From the NCBI GenBank assembly GCA_963794945.1, contig CAWCFT010000001.1, forward strand, positions 64,001-128,000: a DNA stretch of 64,000 nt, given 5' to 3'. The notes below the pieces were generated by a model. The model made no database searches. It was not told where the DNA came from and worked only from the letters and a program-made list of their open reading frames with translations. This DNA comes from Endomicrobiales bacterium. GTDB lineage: Bacteria; Elusimicrobiota; Endomicrobiia; Endomicrobiales; CAWCFT01. Numbering within the stretch: position 1 is the first letter of the stretch; every line of letters begins with the position of its first letter. Both the position numbers and the translations under genes were made by a program. This document shows, one piece after another, positions 10,871 through 19,547 of this stretch.

Positions 10871-12424
10871 TTAAGAAGCGGCCTGCACAACAACCGCGCT
10901 TGCTTCAATGACTTGGCCGTTTGGCATCAGGCAGGATACTGTCAGCTTGCCGGGCTGGGCAAGCGGCGCGGGCAGTTTTACGGTTACCTGCGGGCCCCAA
11001 TCTGGCGTTACTTCAACGCCTTCGCCATGCCACTTTATTTCCTTATTGCTTTTGTCCAGCGGAACCGGGTGTCCCATAACCTGCGCCGTTGCATATATTG
11101 GTTTGGATTCATTAAGCATGAGGCTTATTTCGGTTAGCTTTTCCGCTGGCGGTTTTGCCTGGTCGAAAGACAGCTTCAGTTCTATCAGGTCAAAGCCGGC
11201 GGTTGCGTTGTTGGCCGAAGGTAAGATCTCTCCCTGCGGGCTTGCAGCCCGCGGTCGAGATGACACATTGGACTGAGATGGCACTTGGGGTTGGGGTGAT
11301 ACCTTGAGCTGGGAAGACTGGCTTGGGGCTTGTTGAATGGCTGGCTTCTTGTGTTTGGCAGAGGCGGTTTTCAAGCCCTTCTCCGCTGATTTTATCTTGA
11401 GTTTTAACGCTTTAAGCTCGGCTTGTTTTTGCGCAATGTCCTGCCTGATGCCGGATGAATCACGCTTGATCTTCTCTAACCCTTTGGCGGCTGTTTCCAA
11501 GCCTTCAATCTCTTTCTCAAGGCTGGCCATGCTTGCCTTGTCGGCTTTAAGAGCGGCCCTTGCAGTCTTCAGTGCTTCAGGGTCAGGTTTTGGCTTCGCG
11601 GCGGCCTTTGCCTTCATGGCCTGTTCATCATCCCTCTGCTGAAATGCATCGTCTACGGCCTTATGAACGTCATCTTTGGTTGAGCCCTTGGGCAATATAC
11701 CTGGTAAAGTCATGCCTTTGGCAGACTCGACTATCCTTATGCCTGTGGGCTGGGCCTTATGAATGGCTGCGCTAGACACACCCCCCTCACCTATACCCGC
11801 CGATGAGGCGGGCCCACCTGCCTGTGGCTTCAAGGCCCTATTCACCAGAATTTCAAGCTGTTTTACTGAAAGGCCTTCCTTCTCGCACCGCTCAAGCATG
11901 GCTATTTTGGCCTCATCGCCCTCCAGGCGCACTATCTGGTTTATTATGCCAATACCGATTTCCAAACGTTTGGAAATTTCCTGAACAGGCACGGATAGCC
12001 TGCCGGCGGCTACATATTGGCCAACATAACTATCAGTTTTATTGATCCTTTTTGCCAGCTCACCATGGTTTATCTTTGCCGTTTCCATCAGCCATATATA
12101 TGATAGCCCGGTATCAATAGGAGACTCAGCAGCCCTTTCTCCATTCTCCGATATCATCAAACTGAGCCTCTGCTCTTCTGTCATGTTCTCTATTACAAGG
12201 CACCGGAACTGCGTACGCCCCAGCTTTTTTAACGCCGCGAGGCGCCTTCTGCCTACCGCAAGAGTATAACGGCCGTCTGCCTTTGACCCTACAACGCCAT
12301 CCTCTATAAGGCCGTTCTGTTCAATGTCTCTAGCCATTTCATCAATGCTTTCCTGGCTGTGCTTGCGCCCGCGCTCAGGCACATCAATAAGGCTGATGTC
12401 TATCATCCGCACTTCATCTGCCAT
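10871..12424 (-). CDS. ParB/Spo0J-family protein with long coiled-coil, low-complexity linker and beta-rich C-terminal domain
   Basis: SIDEMARDIEQNGLI, VGRRRLAALKKLG, ISENGER, HTH HGELAKRINKTDSYV; no parA in window. Confidence 0.8.
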   Translation of the reverse strand: MADEVRMIDISLIDVPERGRKHSQESIDEMARDIEQNGLIEDGVVGSKADGRYTLAVGRRRLAALKKLGRTQFRCLVIENMTEEQRLSLMISENGERAAESPIDTGLSYIWLMETAKINHGELAKRINKTDSYVGQYVAAGRLSVPVQEISKRLEIGIGIINQIVRLEGDEAKIAMLERCEKEGLSVKQLEILVNRALKPQAGGPASSAGIGEGGVSSAAIHKAQPTGIRIVESAKGMTLPGILPKGSTKDDVHKAVDDAFQQRDDEQAMKAKAAAKPKPDPEALKTARAALKADKASMASLEKEIEGLETAAKGLEKIKRDSSGIRQDIAQKQAELKALKLKIKSAEKGLKTASAKHKKPAIQQAPSQSSQLKVSPQPQVPSQSNVSSRPRAASPQGEILPSANNATAGFDLIELKLSFDQAKPPAEKLTEISLMLNESKPIYATAQVMGHPVPLDKSNKEIKWHGEGVEVTPDWGPQVTVKLPAPLAQPGKLTVSCLMPNGQVIEASAVVVQAAS

Positions 12425-12445
12425 ACTTTTCCTCCAATTTCCATT

Positions 12446-12570
12446 CTCCCCTCTTTTAGTTCAAAGAGGGGCAGGGGGAGTTTTTGAGCTTCCGCCTTAC
12501 GTACTAATAACTCCCCTTTATCCCCTCCCGCAAAGATCGGATCTTCAACTTTGTGAATAAAGAGGGGAAA
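12446..12570. repeat. Family C hairpin repeat copy
   Basis: cccctcttt...aaagaggggcagggggagtt...aactcccctttatcccctc...aaagagggga; similar to 13870-13972. Confidence 0.7.
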
Positions 12571-12604
12571 TATAACATTCCATGCTTGCACGTACAACTT
12601 TTAT

Positions 12605-13861
12605 TTATTTTAGTTTTTCGTAAAGCTCTATCATCTTCTTGTGCGGCTCGGAGGCTTTGGAAAGCTCGGTTATTCTCTTTTGCGCGGCCTCACCAAACTT
12701 ACGGGCCAGGGCCTTATCACGCAAGAGCGTCGATATCTTTTCTGCAAGCATTTTGGACGAATCGAAGTTGAACAAAAGCCCGGTTACGCCGTCCTCAATG
12801 AACTCGGGTATCCCTCCAAGTTCGGATGCAACGATGGCCTTATCCATGAACATGGCCTCGATAACCAGCAGAGGGGACATGTTTTCCCACTGCTCAGGTA
12901 TCGCGACTACTGCCGCGTCTTCCAGCGACTTCTTTATTTCCGCTCTCGGAACCTGTCCGGAAATGTATTCATACCTGGAGCTCTCAATTGTCTTCAGCTT
13001 TACGGCAACCTCTTTTTTGTAGCTGTCTTCCCATTTTACTTCCTGCGTTATTATTTTCAGTTTGGCATTCGGGAATTCTTTCCAAACCATTTCCATGGCG
13101 TCAAGAAGGGCCGAAAGGCCCTTTCTTTTTTGCAGCCAGCCTATAAAGAGTACGCTGTCTTCAAAACCTTCCGCCGTTTTTGCCGCGGCTCCGAATTCTT
13201 CCGGTATATCTACGGGGACAGTGTCAATTTTATCTTCTTTGATACCGTAGGCCTTCAATATATCGCGCGAGGACTTTGAGAGAACGACGAACTTGTCTAC
13301 CCTGCTAAGGAAAATATCAAATATTGTTTTGCGGAAAAAAAGCAGCGCCTTTTGCACGGGCATAAGCACCGGCGGCATGCACGGCCCGCAGTGGCTTCCG
13401 TGGAACTTCCGGCAGGCCGCGCTGTGTTCGCCCGAAAGAGTGCTCAAGGGGCAGAAATACCAGTAGTCGTATATTGAGAGCACAACAGGTATCTTAAGAA
13501 GTTTCGCGGCAACAAGCGGCGCGAACGTAAGAGTGTACATATTGTGCATGTGCACGGCGTCCGGCTTTGTTTTTTTGAACGCAATATAAGCCGCGATAAA
13601 CGTGAGCGGGTCGAACTGGAAAATGTACCACTTTAGTACGCTGACAAATCTCGCAAGTGGCCCCGAAAAATCCTCTTTGACCGGAAGAGCCTTTACATTG
13701 AATTCCTTTTCCTGTGGTTCACTCTCGAACTTTGTAGTGTAAATATCATTCTGCACACCGCTTTTTGCAAGCTTTCTTACAAGCCGGAGAGCGGCCTGCT
13801 CGCCGCCGCCGACGCGTTTGTGGTAGCCCGGGAAAGTATTTATTACGTGCTCTATTTTCAA
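12605..13861 (-). CDS. GT4 family glycosyltransferase with Cys-rich insert
   Basis: GGGEQ, YDYWYFCP...C...C..C, PEQWENMSPLLVIEAM, GGIPEFIEDG. Confidence 0.9.
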   Translation of the reverse strand: MKIEHVINTFPGYHKRVGGGEQAALRLVRKLAKSGVQNDIYTTKFESEPQEKEFNVKALPVKEDFSGPLARFVSVLKWYIFQFDPLTFIAAYIAFKKTKPDAVHMHNMYTLTFAPLVAAKLLKIPVVLSIYDYWYFCPLSTLSGEHSAACRKFHGSHCGPCMPPVLMPVQKALLFFRKTIFDIFLSRVDKFVVLSKSSRDILKAYGIKEDKIDTVPVDIPEEFGAAAKTAEGFEDSVLFIGWLQKRKGLSALLDAMEMVWKEFPNAKLKIITQEVKWEDSYKKEVAVKLKTIESSRYEYISGQVPRAEIKKSLEDAAVVAIPEQWENMSPLLVIEAMFMDKAIVASELGGIPEFIEDGVTGLLFNFDSSKMLAEKISTLLRDKALARKFGEAAQKRITELSKASEPHKKMIELYEKLK

Positions 13862-13869
13862 TTAATAAT

Positions 13870-13972
13870 ACCTCAAACTCCCCTCAATCCCCTCTTCATC
13901 TCAAGAGGGGATGCTCATTTTTTCGTCTTTTTATTCCCCTCTTTATGTTGAAAGAGTGGTTAGGGGAGTTTC
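13870..13972. repeat. Family C hairpin repeat copy
   Basis: aaactcccctcaatcccctctt...aagagggga...tcccctcttt...aaagagtggttaggggagttt. Confidence 0.7.
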
Positions 13973-14043
13973 TGATACAATTCCAATAAATTGACGTCGT
14001 GTAATCAAAATCCACCAAAAACTGACTATTTTCCTCTTATTCA

Positions 14044-14072
14044 TTGACAAGGCAACCCGCAAGAGATAGAAT
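14044..14072 (+). promoter_or_regulatory. Sigma70 promoter of the PilZ gene
   Basis: TTGACA-17 nt-TAGAAT, 25 nt upstream of ATG 14098. Confidence 0.7.
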
Positions 14073-14097
14073 TTTTCTGTACCCAGAGAGGCTCCTT

Positions 14098-14400
14098 ATG
14101 GACGAAAGACGATTATCTACCAGAAAACTTATGTCAAGCGCGCTTAAGATCTATTCGGAAGACGGCTGCCGAACAATCGGCTACGGGCAGATCGTTAATC
14201 TCAGCGAAGGCGGAATGCGCATGATCAGCGACAACAAACTCGGCGTGGGCGAAAAATTCAGCCTTCACTTCAGGATCCCCCACAGCTGGAATCTCGATTT
14301 CATCGGAGACGTCGTCCACAAAGAAGCCGCCATAGAATGCATCGCGTACGGCATAAAGTTCCAAGAAGGCCAGGACACGTTCATCCTTCAACTGCTATGA
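14098..14400 (+). CDS. Stand-alone PilZ domain protein (c-di-GMP receptor)
   Basis: ERRLSTR (RxxxR) and NLSEGG (D/NxSxxG), YGIKF; ATG 14098 preferred over TTG 14044. Confidence 0.88.
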   Translation: MDERRLSTRKLMSSALKIYSEDGCRTIGYGQIVNLSEGGMRMISDNKLGVGEKFSLHFRIPHSWNLDFIGDVVHKEAAIECIAYGIKFQEGQDTFILQLL

Positions 14401-14432
14401 TCTGAGACCATTGAAAAACCTAAAATACTGCC

Positions 14433-14529
14433 GTCATTGCGAACCCAAGGGGTGAAGCAATCTCGTCTTTCCGATGCAACAACGAGATTGCCCGCGTCGT
14501 CCCGCAAGGCGGGACTCCTCGCAAAGACA
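14433..14529. repeat. Palindromic REP/MITE family B copy 1
   Basis: GTCATTGCGAACCC..GGGTGAAGCAATCTCG...CGAGATTGCC..GTCGTCCCGCAAGGCGGGACTCCTCGCAAAGACA; near-identical copy at 17122. Confidence 0.9.
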
Positions 14530-14549
14530 TTACAAAAAGAAGCACCAAT

Positions 14550-15909
14550 TCAAGATATCTCCCTCTTTAATACAAGAGAAAAACCTTTCCTGAACAAATT
14601 TATAAAATGCGTGAGCATGCTGTTTAAATTATAACTGGGAAGCCCTTTCAAAGTATACAGAAGCACATTGATAATCGTGTTTTCCTTAAGATAAAACCCC
14701 ACCCGCATTTTTCTAGAAAGCCTGTAAACTTCCCTCTGCTGTTCTTTTGGGTAAGCGTCCGAACCCGGCCCCGCGGAAACCCCGTAAAATATGCTGCCGT
14801 CTTTCCCGCCCGACACCTCGGGAACGAAATAGCTGAAATGGGCCCTTATACCTTTCTCAACCGCCCAAGCAAGCGTTGCCTTATCTTTTTCGTAAGTGGA
14901 GCCGGGAAGCCCGATTATAAAGAACGCGCTTACCATTTTGAAATGCTTTTTCGCGGTATCTATGGCGTTAGAAATATCATTGAAACTCTCGCCTTTGTTT
15001 ATGTTTTTCAATATTTCCGGGTCAGTGGTCTCGGCTCCGAACCCCGCGTGGTAACAACCGGCATCCTCCATGGCTATCGCCACTTCATTATCGAACCTGT
15101 CCGCCCTTATGCCGTTAGTGCACGCCCACTTAAGGCCCAGAGGTCTTATAAGCCTGCAAAACTCTACAACTCTATTCTTGTCTATATTAAAAGCGTCGTC
15201 GAGTATTTCGAAATATTTTATCCCGTATTTTTCCTTCGCCTGTTTAAGTTCCTCAAAGCAGTTCGCCGCGCTCCTGGAGAGCCACTTCCTGTTGCGCGAC
15301 GCGCAGAAGCTGCACTGGTACGGACAGCCCTGCGACGTCATTATAGGGTACGCCCAGAAGCCTGTCTGCCAGTTTGGTCTTGAGATAATTGTAAGAATCG
15401 AACAGCTCGTAATCCGGGAACGGATAGCTGTCGGAGAACGGCTCGGAAAAATCAAGCGAATCTTCCCACTTGATGTACGGGTAACAGCACTGCACATCAA
15501 CGAAACCCGTCACCGACCGGACCGCGGCCTTTGGAAACTTTGAGCTGTATATCCGCCGGGCGCGTTCCGCCTCACGCTCGGTAAATGACTTGACAGAAAT
15601 TCCCAGAACGTCCGCCTCAACTTTCAGGAACCGGTCCCTGGGATATGGCAGTATGTGCTGGTCTATCACTCTCGCCTTGTGGTACGTCGCGGCGTAGGCG
15701 AGGCCTATGTTAGGTATGTTAGAATTGACGTCCGTTTTTGGGTCTAGCAGAAGCAATTTGACATTATTGAAAGGTTCTTTAGATGCTGTCATCCCGAACC
15801 CTATTTTTGGAGTGAGGGATCTTGTTTCCGATGAAATAAAAGATTTCTCTCCCGCCGTAGCGGGATCGAAATGACACAATAGTGGGTTATTCAACTGACT
15901 CAATTTCAT
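14550..15909 (-). CDS. Radical SAM protein with short B12-binding-like N-terminus (indel near 15375; in-frame repeat insertion at N-terminus)
   Basis: PNIGLAYAA in ORF 15253-15909; TSQGCPYQCSFC, GAETTD, FFIIGLPG in ORF 14550-15500; ATGA overlap with upstream GT. Confidence 0.85.
15760..15900. mobile_element. MITE-like insertion with family A core (15787-15876), flanked by 6-bp direct repeat
   Basis: CAATTT at 15754-15759 and 15901-15906; internal TGTCAT...ATGACA palindrome. Confidence 0.75.
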
Positions 15910-17051
15910 ATATTGTTGTAATAATCCAAAAGCGCGGGGATCACCACGCTGTCCAGATCATATTTTGCCGCTGTCTTGTAACCTTCAGCTATCATTGTCT
16001 CGCGGAGCGCAGCTTCCGATAGTAGTTTGTTTAGAGCCGTTTTTAGCCCTTCTTTATCTTTAAAGAGGATACCGTCTTTGCCGTCCGTGATAATAGTCTT
16101 TACCGCTGAAAACTCGCTTTCCAGCGCAGCCACCGGGACGCCAAGCGCCATGGCTTCAACGACGATTATCGCAAAACCTTCTCTTTCCGACGGGATAACT
16201 AACGCTTTTGAGCCCTTGATAAGCCCGTAGAGCTCATCTTTTTTTAGAAAGCCGGTGAACTCCACTTTCTTTTCAACACCGAGCTTCGCGGCAAGCCGTT
16301 CAAGTTTTTCTTTTTCCGGGCCGTCGCCGACAATTTTAAGCACGGCACCTTCGCGCGCGATCTCGCTGAAAGCCTCAATAAGAAGGTCTACGCGCTTATG
16401 GCTTATCAGCCTTCCAGTAAATATTATTCTGACTGCGTCAGGGACAGAAGGCACTTTTTTTAAAATTTCCAACTCTATCGCGTTAGGAATGACTGTGATA
16501 TTACCGGGATCTATGCCCAGCATCTTAACGGCCCTTTCCTTTGTGAATTGAGAGTTCGCGATATTATTAGCGCTAACCTTCGCGCAAACCAGCTCGCTTA
16601 TCCAGCCGGCTACGCCCATTAGCTTCGCGTAAGATATCCAGTATTTTAACCCCCACACCTCGTGCCAAGTTACAACGAATTTTGTTTTCCTGAGTTTTCC
16701 TGACACTAAAAGAGCCAGCCAAGCGGATATGGCAGGAAGGTAGGGTATGTTTCCACAGTCTACTACATCATAAGTGTTACCCAGCAAATGTTTGAATACA
16801 TGGTATGCGAAGTATACAGTTTCGAACGCGGATCTCGTGCTGTTATTGCTATAAAGAGGGACAGCTTTGCATATGCCGATAAGGTTTATCCCATCTTCAA
16901 CTATCCGGTCGTCACCCTGCCAGTATTTCATGCCGACGAGCGCCGCTTCGTGGCCTTTTTTGGCGAGAGCGCCGGCGAACTCCCTGCATCTTTTTTCGGC
17001 GCCGCCTATGACGTACGGGTATATCGGGTCGTACACAAATGCTATCCTCAA
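15906..17051 (-). CDS. GT4 family glycosyltransferase
   Basis: RIAFVYD..YPYVIGGAEKR, TWHEVW, PSEREGFAIIVVEAMALG; start TTG 17051 assumed. Confidence 0.9.
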   Translation of the reverse strand: MRIAFVYDPIYPYVIGGAEKRCREFAGALAKKGHEAALVGMKYWQGDDRIVEDGINLIGICKAVPLYSNNSTRSAFETVYFAYHVFKHLLGNTYDVVDCGNIPYLPAISAWLALLVSGKLRKTKFVVTWHEVWGLKYWISYAKLMGVAGWISELVCAKVSANNIANSQFTKERAVKMLGIDPGNITVIPNAIELEILKKVPSVPDAVRIIFTGRLISHKRVDLLIEAFSEIAREGAVLKIVGDGPEKEKLERLAAKLGVEKKVEFTGFLKKDELYGLIKGSKALVIPSEREGFAIIVVEAMALGVPVAALESEFSAVKTIITDGKDGILFKDKEGLKTALNKLLSEAALRETMIAEGYKTAAKYDLDSVVIPALLDYYNNI

Positions 17052-17080
17052 ATAAATACTCCATATTACGGCGACTAAGA

Positions 17081-17292
17081 TCAAAAATCAAATATTAAAT
17101 ATCAAAACTAAGATGTTCGCTTTGCGAACCCGAAGGGTGAAGCAATCTCGTCTTTCCAACGTAACAGCGAGATTGCCACGTCGTCCCGCAAGGCGGGACT
17201 CCTCGCAAAGACACCCACTATAATGCTTCTTCAGTGATCTCATCTTTGACTTTTAATCTTTGATTTTTGATATTTTTTGTTCTTGATTTTGA
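17081..17292. repeat. Composite repeat: family B copy 2 (17122-17213) between heptamer-array arms
   Basis: Left arm atcaaaaatcaaatattaaatatcaaaa; right arm tttgacttttaatctttgatttttgatatttt, which encodes the KYQKSKIKSQR tail of the radical SAM gene. Confidence 0.8.
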
Positions 17293-18385
17293 TTATCCCC
17301 GGGAACATCTTTAACGCCTTAAAAAGGTTTTTCATGTCCATGGGGTTGCACTTGGCGCACGCGCGGAAAGCTTCATAGTTCTTCTTCGATTTAAAAAGTT
17401 TTCTGAGCGCCCTCATCTTCTCACCGTTCCATGCGGTGCCCAGTTCGCTTTTAAAGAGGTTACCCGTTCCGCCTTCCTCAAGCTTACCCGAAGGATAGAG
17501 GCTGCAGCACGGGCTAACGTCGCCCGAAACAGTTATAAAGAGCTGAAGCCACGGAAGCAGGCAAACACCGCGTTTCAGCGGGTTCAGGGGTGCCTTACCG
17601 CACGCTATCCTTATATAATCCGGGTTATCCAGAGTCTCTACGAGGTTTGTCTTTACTCCGGCGTCTTTGGCGTAAGCCAGCGCCTCGCGCATTTCTGTTT
17701 CGATGTCTTCGGGTTCGAACCCGCTGAGAAGCCCGCTCTTGACTTCGTCCTCTACGCGGGATGTATCCAGAAGCCTGAAAAGCACGGCGTCGGCTTTAAG
17801 CTCTTTTGAGAGGTCTATCATCGCTTTCATCTGATTGAGGTTTTCTTTCATCACAACGTAATCTATCCGCAGGGACGGCTTTGCCGAGCCTGTCCGTGTT
17901 TTAGCTTCATTGAGCGCTCGAATGTTTTCCAGCACTTTGAAAAGATAATCCTGCCCGCGGATGGCCTTGTAAGTAACCGCATCAGGAGAATCTATGGACA
18001 CTTTTAGTATGTCGAGGCCCGAGGAAATAATGTTTTCTATGGTCTTAGGTGTTACAGCGGTAAAATTGCTCGATGTAAGCGTTACCGCGCCGCTTTTCTG
18101 TTTTGAGTATTTTACCATTTCGAAAAAATCCGGGTGAATGAAAGGCTCGCCTGTCGCCGCGAGGTTGACCGAGCCCGGCATGATGTCGTCTATTAACTTC
18201 TTGAACACGTCAAGGCTTATCGATTTGTTCTGTTCCTCTTTTTCAAGGACATAGCGCGGGCACATTTTGCATCTGAGGTTGCAGGAGGTTGTGATATCGA
18301 CTTGTATGTTCTCGGGGTTGATGTTTACCGACTGCGGTTTTCGCAGGAGTGAGATTAGCTTGGGTATAGATCTGGTCAGGTTCAT
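17240..18385 (-). CDS. Radical SAM/SPASM-domain protein
   Basis: CNLRCKMC, GEPFIHP, CLLPW..GDVSPCC, CAKC. Confidence 0.9.
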   Translation of the reverse strand: MNLTRSIPKLISLLRKPQSVNINPENIQVDITTSCNLRCKMCPRYVLEKEEQNKSISLDVFKKLIDDIMPGSVNLAATGEPFIHPDFFEMVKYSKQKSGAVTLTSSNFTAVTPKTIENIISSGLDILKVSIDSPDAVTYKAIRGQDYLFKVLENIRALNEAKTRTGSAKPSLRIDYVVMKENLNQMKAMIDLSKELKADAVLFRLLDTSRVEDEVKSGLLSGFEPEDIETEMREALAYAKDAGVKTNLVETLDNPDYIRIACGKAPLNPLKRGVCLLPWLQLFITVSGDVSPCCSLYPSGKLEEGGTGNLFKSELGTAWNGEKMRALRKLFKSKKNYEAFRACAKCNPMDMKNLFKALKMFPGIIKIKNKKYQKSKIKSQR

Positions 18386-18395
18386 TTGGTAGTGG

Positions 18396-19547
18396 TCAGC
18401 CGCTCTTCAGGAATTTTATCTGGAACATGCTTGAAAGGAACGCCGTAAAAGCCAGCTGTATGCCTATGTTTAGGAACGTCAGCGAAAATATAGCGAGTTT
18501 TATGGTGTCTATCTCGAAGATCTGAAGTTCGCCGAAACCTTTTTGCGCCCATATATAGAATATCCTTCCTATAGAAAAAAGGCCTACCAGAAAAATTATC
18601 AGCCCGATCACAAGCATTCTTTCAAGGCTGAAGAATTTTATGAATTTCTTAACAAAAGCACTGTCGAGGAGCCCTATGGAATCTGCGTAAACGACCGCGC
18701 AGAAACCCAGGTTTATTATCTGCCAGCCGAGAAGCGTTGTTATGCTCGCGAACACCATTGAGCGGATGTCCCAGGGATGCCCGAACAGCCAAACGGGCCC
18801 GAACAAAAACTTTATAAGCAGTATAACGCTCGGTACAAAAAGCACCAGCGCCGGAATGAAGTACAGGTAGACCGGGCTGTAGAGGAGCATGAAACGCATG
18901 TGTCTCCACGCGTCCCTGAAAGAGTCAAGCTTGGACTCGCCGCGCCTCGCGTAATAAACTATGGGTATTTCGGTGATCTTGAGTTTCTTCTTCAGGCTGT
19001 GTATGACCATTTCGGAAGCGAATTCCATCCCTGTGGTGTGAAGGTTCATCGTTCTGTAAGCATCCTTAGTAAAAGCGCGCAACCCGCAGTGCGAGTCGGA
19101 AACATTGCCGCCGAAAAAAAGCCTCAGGATCCCCGAAAGTATCGGGTTGCCTACATACCTGTGCGACCAGGTCATCGCGCCCGGAAGGATCTTACCTTTG
19201 AAACGCGACCCCATGACGAGGTCGTAACCCTCGCGCAGCGCGGCAACGAACTTGTGCGTTTCTGAGAAATCATACGTGTCGTCCCCGTCGCCCATGACGA
19301 TATATTTACCAAGCGCTTCTTCAATGCCGCGCCTCAAGGCGCTGCCGTATCCTTTCTGGGCCTCGCGTATAACCCGCGCGCCAAGGCTTGCGGAGATCTC
19401 TTCCGACCTGTCGGTCGAGCCGTTATCTACGATTATCACTTCGCCTTCGATGCCTGCCTGTTTGAACGAGCTTTGCGCCTTAGTTATGCAGGCAGCTATG
19501 GTTTCTTCTTCGTTCAGGCAAGGGATAACGACCAATACTTCTACCAT
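18396..19547 (-). CDS. GT2 polyprenol-phosphate glycosyltransferase (DPM1/GtrB-like) with C-terminal TMs
   Basis: IPCLNEE, VDNGSTD, MGDGDDTY, GSRFKG, SDSHCGLR. Confidence 0.92.
   Translation of the reverse strand: MVEVLVVIPCLNEEETIAACITKAQSSFKQAGIEGEVIIVDNGSTDRSEEISASLGARVIREAQKGYGSALRRGIEEALGKYIVMGDGDDTYDFSETHKFVAALREGYDLVMGSRFKGKILPGAMTWSHRYVGNPILSGILRLFFGGNVSDSHCGLRAFTKDAYRTMNLHTTGMEFASEMVIHSLKKKLKITEIPIVYYARRGESKLDSFRDAWRHMRFMLLYSPVYLYFIPALVLFVPSVILLIKFLFGPVWLFGHPWDIRSMVFASITTLLGWQIINLGFCAVVYADSIGLLDSAFVKKFIKFFSLERMLVIGLIIFLVGLFSIGRIFYIWAQKGFGELQIFEIDTIKLAIFSLTFLNIGIQLAFTAFLSSMFQIKFLKSG

Noticed and set aside
6950..12450. Prophage or integrated plasmid
   Set aside because: No integrase, att repeats, rep, parA or structural genes were seen.
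14437..14634. Short ORFs over repeats (14437-14634, 12403-12597, 28041-28241, 36257-36469)
   Set aside because: Translations of palindromic repeat DNA with no coding evidence.
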